Shown piece by piece: positions 1 to 8,995 of a DNA stretch of 31,282 nucleotides. Source of the DNA: a virus (Duplodnaviria > Caudoviricetes); the IMG/VR virus record IMGVR_UViG_3300032218_004080, positions 1-31,282 of that record; one strand, given 5' to 3'. A model generated the notes under the pieces. It was not told the DNA's origin, ran no database searches, and worked only from the letters and a program-made list of their open reading frames with translations. Position numbers and translations under genes: made by a program. Every line of letters begins with the position of its first letter. The stretch's first letter is position 1.

Positions 1-1
1 G

Positions 2-280
2 GCATCTTATGGGACTTTTTCTACCGGTATCAATATTCGTAACTTACATAATGTTGTGTTTGCTTCACCATCGAAATCGAGAATTAGAAATCTCCAATCT
101 ATCGGAAGAGTACTTAGAAAAGGCGAAAACAAAGTAAAAGCAACTTTGTATGATATTGCCGATGATATCAGTTATAAATCAAGAAAAAATTATACACTCA
201 ATCATTTAATCGAAAGAATTAAAATCTATAACGAAGAAAACTTTAATTACGATATTGTAAACATACCAATAAAAGAATAA
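2..280 (+). CDS. uvsW: UvsW RNA-DNA/DNA-DNA helicase, C-terminal part (5' truncated by window)
   Basis: Frame open from base 2: ASYGTFSTGINIRNLHNVVFASPSKSRIRNLQSIGRVLR = SF2 helicase motifs V/VI; lies upstream of gp55 as in cyanomyoviruses. Confidence 0.93.
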   Translation, partial: ASYGTFSTGINIRNLHNVVFASPSKSRIRNLQSIGRVLRKGENKVKATLYDIADDISYKSRKNYTLNHLIERIKIYNEENFNYDIVNIPIKE

Positions 281-693
281 TGGGCGAAGAGTTTTATTGT
301 AGCATTAAATTAATTAGTGGTGAAGAAATATTTTCATTAATTTGTGTTGATGAGAATGATGGAGATCCAATTATTGTTTTACAAAATCCTGTAATAATTA
401 AAATCATTACGAGGCATTCTGAGCAATTGGTAAAAATAAAACCTTGGATGGAAATACCACATGATGACTTTTTTGTAATTAAATTGGATAAAATTATTAC
501 GATGACAGAAGTTAATGATCAAGTAATAATAAATTGTTACAATAGTTTTATTGAAAATGATGATGATGAAAAATCAATAACAGAAAATATAAGTGGTGAA
601 GTTAAATTATCTGATAAAATGGGATATCTATCATCCGTTGATGAAGCTCGTAAAAACTTAGAAAACATGTTTAAAGGCCATAAAGAAATCTAA
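280..693 (+). CDS. Conserved phage hypothetical protein, possible Sm-like fold
   Basis: 137 aa, TAATG coupling to uvsW; N-terminal IKLISGEEIF...LQNP pattern. Confidence 0.75.
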   Translation: MGEEFYCSIKLISGEEIFSLICVDENDGDPIIVLQNPVIIKIITRHSEQLVKIKPWMEIPHDDFFVIKLDKIITMTEVNDQVIINCYNSFIENDDDEKSITENISGEVKLSDKMGYLSSVDEARKNLENMFKGHKEI

Positions 694-719
694 ACCTTAT
701 CTTCAAACCCAACAAAGGT

Positions 720-748
720 ATTCTACTCATATTCCGTTATATTGTCAA
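720..748 (-). promoter_or_regulatory. Antisense sigma70-type promoter
   Basis: Minus strand reads TTGACA-atataacggaatatgag(17)-TAGAAT. Confidence 0.6.
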
Positions 749-771
749 GTCTTTAATATTAGTGCTATAAT
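742..771 (+). promoter_or_regulatory. Sigma70-type promoter for gp55
   Basis: TTGTCA (742-747), 18 nt spacer, extended -10 TGcTATAAT (763-771). Confidence 0.6.
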
Positions 772-805
772 GTACATAATATTTTTTTATCAGTAGAATA
801 ATGCT

Positions 806-1285
806 ATGGCAAAAAAGAAATCGGAACATTATGTTAATAATAAAGAATTGTTAGAAGCACTTATTCTTTATAGAGCAAAGTATCTTAAATCAAAAGAAAA
901 TGGATTACCAAAACCACAAATATCAAATTACCTGGGAGAGTGTTTTTTGAAGATTGCCACTCATTTATCATATAAACCAAATTTTGTGAATTATATGTTT
1001 AGGGATGATATGATCTCTGATGGTATTGAAAATTGTGTGCAGTATATTCATAATTTTAATCCAGAAAAATCTCAAAATCCTTTTGCATATTTTACTCAGA
1101 TTATTCATTATGCTTTTTTAAGAAGAATACAAAAAGAAAAAAGACAACTTGAAATCAAAACTAAAATTATTGAAAGGACTGGTTTTGATGAGGTCATGAC
1201 AATTGACGATGGCTTGCTTTCTAGCAGCAATTCGGACTATAATACGATGAAGGACAACATCCAGTATCGTAATAACAATCGATGA
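806..1285 (+). CDS. gp55: Late-transcription sigma factor gp55
   Basis: HYVNNKELL, YLGECFLKIATHLS, MISDGIENC, NPFAYFTQI motifs of T4-like gp55. Confidence 0.95.
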   Translation: MAKKKSEHYVNNKELLEALILYRAKYLKSKENGLPKPQISNYLGECFLKIATHLSYKPNFVNYMFRDDMISDGIENCVQYIHNFNPEKSQNPFAYFTQIIHYAFLRRIQKEKRQLEIKTKIIERTGFDEVMTIDDGLLSSSNSDYNTMKDNIQYRNNNR

Positions 1286-2319
1286 AAATTGCTATCATCA
1301 CCGACACGCATTATGGTGCTAAAAAAGGTTCAAAGCATCTTCACGATCACTTTGAACTTTTCTATAAGAATGTTTTCTTTCCTGCCCTTGAAGAGCATGG
1401 GGTAGAAGCAGTCATTCATATGGGCGATGCTTTTGATAGTCGAAAGTCAATTGATTATCAAAGTTTGGAATGGGCAAAGCGTGTTGTATTTGAACCTCTC
1501 CGCAAGTATGATGTTCATATGATCGTTGGGAATCATGATTGTTATTACAAAAATAGTAATCATGTAAATTCTCCAGATTTGCTTTTAAAGACCTATTCAA
1601 ATATTAAAACTTATAGTTCTCCAACAAATACAAAAGTTGGTGGAATTGATATGACTTTTATTCCATGGATTTGTAGTGAAAATCATGATGAAACCATGAA
1701 TGTAATTAAAAAGTCAAAGGCAAAAGTTGCATTTGGGCATTTAGAACTTCAAGGATTTTATGTAAATAAAAATCTTATTATGGAGGATCATGGACTGGAT
1801 TCAAATATTTTTTCAAACTTCACAAAGGTATTTTCTGGCCATTATCACACTCGTTCTGATAATGGATACATTTTCTATCTTGGTAATCCTTATGAAATGT
1901 ACTGGACGGATGTAAATGATACACGTGGTTTTCATATTTTTGATACGGAAACCCTTACTCACACGCCAATTAATAATCCATATAAATTATTTTATAACAT
2001 TTATTATGAAGATACTCCTTATCAAACATTCGATGCTAGAGAGTATGAAAATAAAATTGTAAAAATTATTGTTCGTAAAAAAACAAAAATTAAAGATTTT
2101 GAAAAGTTTGTAGATAAACTTTATTCATCCAAAATTCAAGAATTAAAAATTGTAGAAAATTTTGATATTATTGAAAATGGAGATTTTGTAATTGATGAAG
2201 AAGAAAGTACGATTTCAATTTTAAATAGGTATATTGACGAATCTGAATTTAAATTTGATAAAACAATCATTAAAGGAATTTTTCAAGATTTATATCAGCA
2301 AGCTTGCGAAGTAGAGTAA
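1282..2319 (+). CDS. gp47: Recombination nuclease subunit gp47 (Mre11/SbcD-like)
   Basis: Metallophosphoesterase motifs DTH, GD, GNHD, GH, GHYH; upstream of gp46. Confidence 0.95.
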   Translation: MKIAIITDTHYGAKKGSKHLHDHFELFYKNVFFPALEEHGVEAVIHMGDAFDSRKSIDYQSLEWAKRVVFEPLRKYDVHMIVGNHDCYYKNSNHVNSPDLLLKTYSNIKTYSSPTNTKVGGIDMTFIPWICSENHDETMNVIKKSKAKVAFGHLELQGFYVNKNLIMEDHGLDSNIFSNFTKVFSGHYHTRSDNGYIFYLGNPYEMYWTDVNDTRGFHIFDTETLTHTPINNPYKLFYNIYYEDTPYQTFDAREYENKIVKIIVRKKTKIKDFEKFVDKLYSSKIQELKIVENFDIIENGDFVIDEEESTISILNRYIDESEFKFDKTIIKGIFQDLYQQACEVE

Positions 2320-2320
2320 A

Positions 2321-2587
2321 ATGTTTCTTCTCACTCTTAAAGATAAAAAAGATGAAGGTGCTTATGCAGTCCAAGATCAGCACGGGCATAAAGTTTTATT
2401 TCTTTTTGAAGAAGAAGATGATGCAACTCGTTATGCTTTAATGCTCGAAGATCAAGAAGATCAAGAAATGGATGTTATTGAAGTTGATGATGAACTTGCT
2501 ATAAAAACCTGCAAATATTACAACTACAAATATGCTGTGATCACTCCAAATGATATTGTAATTCCTCCAAAAAATAATAACTTTTGA
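2321..2587 (+). CDS. Small acidic protein resembling cyanobacterial DUF3110
   Basis: 88 aa; EGAY...LFLFEEEDDATRYALMLE resembles my recollection of the DUF3110 core; not search-verified. Confidence 0.6.
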   Translation: MFLLTLKDKKDEGAYAVQDQHGHKVLFLFEEEDDATRYALMLEDQEDQEMDVIEVDDELAIKTCKYYNYKYAVITPNDIVIPPKNNNF

Positions 2588-2599
2588 TAAAACCAAAAA

Positions 2600-4312
2600 A
2601 TGATTATATTTAAAAAAATTCGTTGGAAAAATCTTTTAAGTACTGGAAATCAATTTACAGAAGTTGATTTTGAAAAACATAACACCAATTTAATTATTGG
2701 AATAAATGGTGCTGGAAAATCAACTATTTTGGATGCACTTACGTTTGTTCTTTTTAATAAACCATTTCGTAAAATTACAAAACCACAACTTTTAAATACT
2801 ACTAATGAAAAAGATTGTCTTGTGGAAATTGAATTTTCTATAAACAATCGAAATTATTTGGTTAGACGTGGTATTAAACCTAGTATTTTTGATATTGAAA
2901 TAAATGGAAAACAACTTCATAAAGAAGCAGATGATCGTGCAAATCAAAAAATCTTAGAAGAAAATATTTTAAAGGTCAATTACAAATCTTTTACTCAAAT
3001 TGTAATTTTAGGTTCTAGCACTTTTGTACCTTTTATGCAATTAACTACGTCAAATCGGCGTGAAGTTATTGAGGATTTGTTGGATATTCGTATTTTTTCT
3101 GCGATGAATAATCTTATTAAAGATAAAATTCGTGAAAAGAAAGATCAAGTTAAATCTCTTGAACTTAAAAAGGAAACTCTTAAAGAAAAGATGAAAATGC
3201 AACAAAGGTTTATTGAAGAACTTGAAAATCGTGGAAAGGATAATATTAGTGCTAACAAACAAAAGATTGCCAAGTTAAATACCGAAATTGACAATTATGA
3301 GGCAGATAATGATGCTATAGGATATAGTCTTAAGGGTCATCAAAAAGATCAAGAAGAACTTATTGGTGCGACTGATAAACTGAGAAAGTTGGGAAATCTC
3401 AAAGGTAAAATCTCTCAAAAAGTATCTACTATTACTAAAGAGCACAAGTTCTTCACAGAAAATACGGTTTGTCCTACCTGCACTCAAAGAATTGAAGAAG
3501 AGTTTCGGTTAAATAGAATTGCTGACGCTCAAAATAGTGCAAAGGAACTTCAAAAAGGTTATAAAGACCTTGAGGAAACCATAAAACTGGAAGAAGAGAG
3601 AGAGCGTCAATTTATTTCTCTATCTAAAGAGATTACGAAACTCAATAATGAAATCTCTCAAAATAATGCGAGGATTTCTTCTAATCAACGTCAGATTAGA
3701 GATTTGGAAAGTGAAATTCAAACACTTACCGAACAACTTGAAAATAAGAATACCGAGCACGAAAAGTTAGAAGAGTTTCAAACCAATCTTCAAAAAGTCT
3801 TTGAGGATTTGGGAACTAAAAAAGAAGAGATCGTTCATTATGATTTTGCGTATTCTCTTCTCAAAGATGATGGTGTAAAAACCAAAATTATCAAAAAATA
3901 TCTTCCCTTCATCAATCAACAGGTAAATCGTTATCTTCAAATGATGGATTTTTACATCAATTTTCATTTAGATGAGGAGTTTAACGAAACTGTAAAATCA
4001 CCTATTCATGAGAACTTCTCTTATAGTTCTTTTAGTGAAGGTGAAAAAATGAGAGTTGATTTGTCACTTCTTTTTACTTGGAGAGAAGTTGCAAGAGTGA
4101 AGAATTCTGTGAATACAAATCTTTTAATTATGGATGAAGTATTTGATTCATCTCTTGATGGATTTGGAACTGAAGAGTTTCTAAAAATCATTCGTTATGT
4201 GATTAAGGATGCTAATATATTTGTAATTTCTCATAAGACTGGACTTGAAGATAAATTTGAAAATGTGATAAAATTTGATAAAGTAAAAGGATTTAGTAGG
4301 ATTAGCGTATGA
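2600..4312 (+). CDS. gp46: Recombination ATPase gp46 (Rad50/SbcC-like)
   Basis: Walker A GINGAGKS, coiled coil with CPTC zinc hook, signature FSEGEK, Walker B LLIMDE, ISH. Confidence 0.96.
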   Translation: MIIFKKIRWKNLLSTGNQFTEVDFEKHNTNLIIGINGAGKSTILDALTFVLFNKPFRKITKPQLLNTTNEKDCLVEIEFSINNRNYLVRRGIKPSIFDIEINGKQLHKEADDRANQKILEENILKVNYKSFTQIVILGSSTFVPFMQLTTSNRREVIEDLLDIRIFSAMNNLIKDKIREKKDQVKSLELKKETLKEKMKMQQRFIEELENRGKDNISANKQKIAKLNTEIDNYEADNDAIGYSLKGHQKDQEELIGATDKLRKLGNLKGKISQKVSTITKEHKFFTENTVCPTCTQRIEEEFRLNRIADAQNSAKELQKGYKDLEETIKLEEERERQFISLSKEITKLNNEISQNNARISSNQRQIRDLESEIQTLTEQLENKNTEHEKLEEFQTNLQKVFEDLGTKKEEIVHYDFAYSLLKDDGVKTKIIKKYLPFINQQVNRYLQMMDFYINFHLDEEFNETVKSPIHENFSYSSFSEGEKMRVDLSLLFTWREVARVKNSVNTNLLIMDEVFDSSLDGFGTEEFLKIIRYVIKDANIFVISHKTGLEDKFENVIKFDKVKGFSRISV

Positions 4313-5154
4313 TTGGAATTATTGGAAATGGATTTGTTGGAAATGCAGTATATCAAAATTTAAGAGACAAGGTAACTTGCAAAGTTTTTGATGTAGATAA
4401 AAACAAATCTTTTAATACTTTGGATGAAGTTTTGAAACAGGCATTTATTTTTGTATGTCTTCCAACTCCGATGAAAAGTACTGGAGAGTGTAACCTTTCT
4501 ATTTTGGATACTTTTTTTAAAGATCTCCCAAAACATGTAGATGGTATTTTCATCATCAAGTCTACTGTTCCGATTGGAACAACTAAAAGATACTCTAAAA
4601 ATTATAAAGTGATTCATAATCCAGAATTTTTAACTGCCAGGAATGCCGTTGAAGATTTTAGAAATTCTGAAAGAAATGTTGTTGGTGGAAATAAAAATCT
4701 TTGCCAACAATTTGTTAATTTTTTTCAAACTATTTTTCCAGAAATTCCAAGTGTTATAACTAGTTCTGATGAAAGTGAAGCAATTAAATATTTTGCAAAT
4801 AGTTTTCTTGCCTGCAAAGTAGCATACTTTAATAAAATGTATGATCTTTGTGAAGCAGTTGGAATGAATTATGAAACTGTTTGCTCTGGTGTAACTTCGG
4901 ATAGTCGTATTGGTAATTCCCATACACAAGTTCCTGGGTTTGATAATGATCGTGGATTTGGTGGCACTTGCTTTCCCAAAGATCTGAATTCCCTGATAGT
5001 TCAGATGGAAACCCACGGAGTGGATGCCGATATGCTAAAATCTGTATGGTTCTACAATCAACAAATTCGCACGGTCATAGACTGGGCCGTAACCTACGAT
5101 GAACACTCCAAACTGGCAACACCATTCCAAAAAGGAGCAGAAGCGGAAACTTAA
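4309..5154 (+). CDS. UDP-glucose/GDP-mannose dehydrogenase family protein (short form)
   Basis: Rossmann GNGFVG, VCLPTP, IKSTVPIGT, NPEFL, EAIKYFAN, catalytic GFGGTCFPKD. Confidence 0.88.
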   Translation: MIGIIGNGFVGNAVYQNLRDKVTCKVFDVDKNKSFNTLDEVLKQAFIFVCLPTPMKSTGECNLSILDTFFKDLPKHVDGIFIIKSTVPIGTTKRYSKNYKVIHNPEFLTARNAVEDFRNSERNVVGGNKNLCQQFVNFFQTIFPEIPSVITSSDESEAIKYFANSFLACKVAYFNKMYDLCEAVGMNYETVCSGVTSDSRIGNSHTQVPGFDNDRGFGGTCFPKDLNSLIVQMETHGVDADMLKSVWFYNQQIRTVIDWAVTYDEHSKLATPFQKGAEAET

Positions 5155-5242
5155 ACCGCAAGCACTCCGACAAGCAAAGGCACGACGCCAAGCACTCAAG
5201 AAGCGCCTCTCACGGGGCGCTTCTTATTTTATAAATATCTAA
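5099..5242 (+). CDS. Small basic 47-aa phage protein (not in ORF track)
   Basis: Manual translation MNTPNWQHHSKKEQKRKLKPQALRQAKARRQALKKRLSRGASYFINI; overlaps the dehydrogenase 3' end. Confidence 0.65.
   Translation: MNTPNWQHHSKKEQKRKLKPQALRQAKARRQALKKRLSRGASYFINI
5198..5230 (+). terminator. Intrinsic terminator-like hairpin
   Basis: AAGAAGCGCCTC-TCAC-GGGGCGCTTCTT followed by ATTTT. Confidence 0.65.
5230..5237 (+). promoter_or_regulatory. T4-type late promoter
   Basis: TATAAATA, 16 nt before ATG at 5254. Confidence 0.8.
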
Positions 5243-5253
5243 AAACCATAGAT

Positions 5254-5472
5254 ATGAAAACCTTTCAAGAATTTCAAATTGAAAGCAGATCTCAAGAATT
5301 TAAAGATAGGTTGGAACAATTGAAAAATAGAAGTGCTGCTACAGATGCTGGGGCACAAAGAACAGCATCTCAAGCTAAATTAGATTTTGATAGATTATCT
5401 ACATCGGTTGAAAAATATAGAAAAACCGTTAGAACTGATAGAAAAGCAAATCCCCATGCGGATGAAAACTAA
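5254..5472 (+). CDS. Putative internal head protein with capsid-targeting-like N-terminus
   Basis: Starts MKTFQEFQIE, similar to T4 IPII/IPIII MKTYQEFIAE; own late promoter. Confidence 0.6.
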   Translation: MKTFQEFQIESRSQEFKDRLEQLKNRSAATDAGAQRTASQAKLDFDRLSTSVEKYRKTVRTDRKANPHADEN

Positions 5473-5479
5473 CTGCAAA

Positions 5480-5487
5480 TATAAATA
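5480..5487 (+). promoter_or_regulatory. T4-type late promoter
   Basis: TATAAATA upstream of ATG 5507. Confidence 0.8.
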
Positions 5488-5506
5488 ACTAAAAAAGTTT
5501 AAAAAA

Positions 5507-6766
5507 ATGAGAGATCAAGAAATTATCAGTCTTTGGGAAGCTTATAATGAAATTTATGAGCAGGAAACTGGCACAGGTCCAAGACTAACTGATACGTATG
5601 ATAAATGGGATAAGGATTATCCAGACTCTCCCAATTCTAAACCAACAAAAAAACTTCCTAAAATGAAGGGAGTTGTAAGAAAAGAAGAAGTAGAAATTGC
5701 TGCTCAATATTTTTACGAAATGGGTCTTAATGAGGAAGGAGTTGATATTTTAATTGAAGATCTTGGTGTAGAAGAGTTTGCTGAGTTTGTTTATGATATT
5801 TCTGAAAATTATTATTTGACTGAAGCAAGAGCAGGTGGAACAAAAATTGAACCTAAACTTGCTTCAGGAAAAGCAATTCAAGGAAAACCAAAAGCAGCAT
5901 CATTAAAAAGACTTCGTGCCCAAAAAGAAGCAAGACAAGAATCGGAAAATAAAACATCCGAATCAAAACCATCGGGTTTAAAAGCATCTCTTCAAAGACA
6001 ATCTGCCGTTGCTGCTGCTGCAAAGAAACAACCTAAAAAACCAGGAGTATTAGATCGTATTGCTGGTGCTGTTAAGGGGGGAATTGAAGCTGCTCAAACA
6101 AAAGCTGCTGCTGATGTGGAAAGAAGAAAAAAATTTATGAATGCTGCTCGTGAAACTGGAAAAACAATTAGTAAAGCAGCGGGAAAAATTGGTGGAGTTG
6201 CTAAGGAAGTTAGTAAGGGAGCATCTGGTGCTGCTAAAATTGCAGGTCACGTTGCATCAAAAGGACTTGAAGAAGAAACTGACCTGTTTGATTATCTACT
6301 AGAATACCTAGTTGCCGAAGGTTATGCTGATACAAATGATGCAGCAATCGCTATTATGGCAAATATGAGTGAAGAGTGGAGAGAGAGTATTGTTGAAGAA
6401 GTTCTTGATGAAAAAAAATATGGACCAAATGATATACTTCCTTCTGGAAGCACTCCCCGCAAAAAAGCAGAGAGAAAAAGTGGGTATCATGGTGCAAACT
6501 ATATGTTAAGAAGAAGAGAACCTGGAGTTGGTCGTAACGATCAGGCAGCAGATTCTCATCTTAGTAGAGGACATACAATTCATAATGTTATAAACGCTAT
6601 GGATGCTGGAGAAGAACCACATAAAGATCCAAAATGGAAAAATACTATTGCTGCTCGCCGTCGTCCTCGTGGTCAAGGAGAGGTTCCTAATGAAAGACCT
6701 GGTGGATTGAGAGCAAATAGAACTAGAGCAGGTGGATATAGAACTCTTAAAAGAAAAGAGGATTGA
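5507..6766 (+). CDS. Late protein with alternating acidic and basic blocks; probable virion-internal protein
   Basis: 419 aa; acidic aa ~60-106 and ~255-302, K/R/A/G-rich aa ~107-254 and ~303-419. Confidence 0.6.
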   Translation: MRDQEIISLWEAYNEIYEQETGTGPRLTDTYDKWDKDYPDSPNSKPTKKLPKMKGVVRKEEVEIAAQYFYEMGLNEEGVDILIEDLGVEEFAEFVYDISENYYLTEARAGGTKIEPKLASGKAIQGKPKAASLKRLRAQKEARQESENKTSESKPSGLKASLQRQSAVAAAAKKQPKKPGVLDRIAGAVKGGIEAAQTKAAADVERRKKFMNAARETGKTISKAAGKIGGVAKEVSKGASGAAKIAGHVASKGLEEETDLFDYLLEYLVAEGYADTNDAAIAIMANMSEEWRESIVEEVLDEKKYGPNDILPSGSTPRKKAERKSGYHGANYMLRRREPGVGRNDQAADSHLSRGHTIHNVINAMDAGEEPHKDPKWKNTIAARRRPRGQGEVPNERPGGLRANRTRAGGYRTLKRKED

Positions 6767-6767
6767 T

Positions 6768-6822
6768 CCACTTTTCAAACTGGCACATAAGAGGGTTTCA
6801 TCGCCCTCTTTTTTTGTATGAT
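6768..6822 (+). promoter_or_regulatory. Repeated regulatory cassette, copy 1 (20-bp box, hairpin + T tract, -10)
   Basis: CCACTTTTCAAACTGGCACA 6768-6787; AAGAGGG..CCCTCTT hairpin; TATGAT 6817-6822. Confidence 0.7.
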
Positions 6823-6843
6823 GGTTCCATACGAATCAAACCT

Positions 6844-8994
6844 ATGACCGTCCGCCACGAAATCAAGTCCCAACTCGCAAAATTGCTTGCCACCGAAGAC
6901 CTTGTGGTTGAGCACAAAAAAGTAGAAACTGCCTGCTTTAACGTTCATACCCGTGTGCTTACGCTTCCTATGTGGGAAAAAGCAAGCAACACCGTATACG
7001 ACCTTTTGGTGGGGCATGAAGTTGGACATGCCCTTTATACACCCGATGAAGACTGGACTGCAAATACAAAGGTTCCTCCCCAGTTTGTGAATGTGGTAGA
7101 AGATGCTCGCATCGAAAAACTGATGAAGCGTCGTTATGCTGGTCTTGCAAAGACCTTCTTTAACGGTTACAAGGAACTTGCTGATGACGATTTCTTCCAA
7201 ATCAAAGATGATAATCTGGAAACTTATAATCTTGCCGACCGTGCCAATCTTTATTTTAAGATTGGTAACTACACCGAAGTTCCAATTGAGTGTGGTGAAG
7301 AAACTGAGATTGTCAATCTGATTGCCGATAGCGAAACCTTTGCAGATGTTTTGATTGCTGCCGAAGCACTCTATAAGTATTGTAAGAAAAGGAAAGAAAA
7401 AGAAACCAATATTTCTTTGGATAATCTTGAGTCCCAACAGAGTGGTGCTAACAATCAACCCGCTTCTGACTTTACTGACCAACAGCAAGGTGATAATGAT
7501 CAACCTCAGTCTGATGGTTCTGAAGGTTCTGCCTCAAACGAATCCACCCCAGAAATGGGTAAAACCACCCCTGAAATGGGTGGTGAAAAGAATGAAGAAC
7601 CTGAAGTGAAGACGATGGAATCTCTGGAAGAAGCACTTAAAGAACTTCTTAATAATAGTGGTCCTGAAAATGTTTATTTGGAACTTCCTAAACTTGATTT
7701 GAAAAAAGTGATTGTTTCAAATGATCAGATTCATTCTGGTTGTAAAGAAACATGGAATACCTTTATTAAAGAACGTGAGTATAAGTATGAAGACATCTTT
7801 GGTGAAGTGGATAAGCAGTTTGTAGAATTCAAGCGTTCTGCACAAAAAGAAGTTAACTATCTGGTAAAGGAATTTGAATGTCGTAAGGCAGCAGATAGTT
7901 ATGCTCGTGCCACAACTGCTCGCACGGGTGTTCTGGATTGTTCTAAACTTCATACTTACAAGTATAATGAAGACCTTTTTAAGAAAGTTACCACTCTTGC
8001 GAATGGTAAGAATCATGGTCTGGTGTTTGTTTTGGATTGGTCTGGTTCTATGGGTGAAGTAATGTTAGATACTGTTAAGCAACTTTTTAATCTTGTGTGG
8101 TTCTGTAAGAAGGTTGCGATTCCGTTCGAAGTTTATGCTTTTACAACCGACTATCCTCTTGTAAAGTATGATGAAGATGGTAAAGCAAATCTTCGTCAAC
8201 TTGCCTATGAAAAGAAAGATGGATTGATTCAAGTTGGTGAATGGTTTTCTATGATGAATCTGCTGACCAATCAGGTAAATGGTAAGACTTTGGAAGAACA
8301 GATGAATAACATTTTCCGCCTTGCTTATTCTTTTGGGCGCAATTGCTATTCTTCATATCCTATTCCTTTGGGTCTTTCTCTTTCGGGAACCCCTCTGAAT
8401 GAGGCACTAATTTCACTTCACCAAATTTTGCCTAAGTTTCAGAAAGAGAATAAACTGCAAAAAGTTCAATGTGTGATTTTAACTGATGGTGAAGCATGTG
8501 GTATTAAATATCATCGTGAAATAAATCGTCGTTGGGAAGATGGACCTTTTCTGGGAACTTCTCATATTGGTCCAAATTCTTTCTTACGTGATCGTAAGAC
8601 TGGAAGCACTTATTCTTTGGAATGTGAATGGTATCAAATGACTGATGTTTTTCTTCGGAATTTGAGGGACAAGTTTGCTGATATTAACTTTATTGGTATT
8701 CGTGTTCTTGAGTCCCGTGATGCTGGTAATTTTATTCGCCGTTATTGTGGATATTATGGTCCAGAACATGATAAAGTAATGTCTACTTGGAGAAAAGAAA
8801 AAGCATTTACCATCAAGAAGTCTGGTTATCATTCTTATTTTGGTCTTTCTGCAACTGCCCTTTCTCAAGATACTGAGTTTGAGGTTTCTGAGGATGCTTC
8901 TAAAGCACAAATCAAATCTGCTGTTGTGAAGAGTCTGAAGTCCAAGAAAATGAACAAAAAAATTCTTGGAGAGTTTATGGAATTGGTTGCCTGA
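6844..8994 (+). CDS. CobT-like protein: HExxH metallopeptidase-like domain, acidic linker, VWA domain
   Basis: HEVGH motif; NVVEDARIE; MIDAS DWSGS...GTPL...LTDG; start moved to ATG 6844 (MTVRHEIK) downstream of the promoter cassette. Confidence 0.85.
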   Translation: MTVRHEIKSQLAKLLATEDLVVEHKKVETACFNVHTRVLTLPMWEKASNTVYDLLVGHEVGHALYTPDEDWTANTKVPPQFVNVVEDARIEKLMKRRYAGLAKTFFNGYKELADDDFFQIKDDNLETYNLADRANLYFKIGNYTEVPIECGEETEIVNLIADSETFADVLIAAEALYKYCKKRKEKETNISLDNLESQQSGANNQPASDFTDQQQGDNDQPQSDGSEGSASNESTPEMGKTTPEMGGEKNEEPEVKTMESLEEALKELLNNSGPENVYLELPKLDLKKVIVSNDQIHSGCKETWNTFIKEREYKYEDIFGEVDKQFVEFKRSAQKEVNYLVKEFECRKAADSYARATTARTGVLDCSKLHTYKYNEDLFKKVTTLANGKNHGLVFVLDWSGSMGEVMLDTVKQLFNLVWFCKKVAIPFEVYAFTTDYPLVKYDEDGKANLRQLAYEKKDGLIQVGEWFSMMNLLTNQVNGKTLEEQMNNIFRLAYSFGRNCYSSYPIPLGLSLSGTPLNEALISLHQILPKFQKENKLQKVQCVILTDGEACGIKYHREINRRWEDGPFLGTSHIGPNSFLRDRKTGSTYSLECEWYQMTDVFLRNLRDKFADINFIGIRVLESRDAGNFIRRYCGYYGPEHDKVMSTWRKEKAFTIKKSGYHSYFGLSATALSQDTEFEVSEDASKAQIKSAVVKSLKSKKMNKKILGEFMELVA

Positions 8995-8995
8995 A

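Noticed and set aside
6763-6843. Track's N-terminal extension of the cobT-like ORF
   Set aside because: Runs through the promoter/hairpin cassette; ATG 6844 fits better
6775-7503. 242-aa minus-strand ORF
   Set aside because: Antisense shadow of the cobT-like gene; no motifs or expression signals
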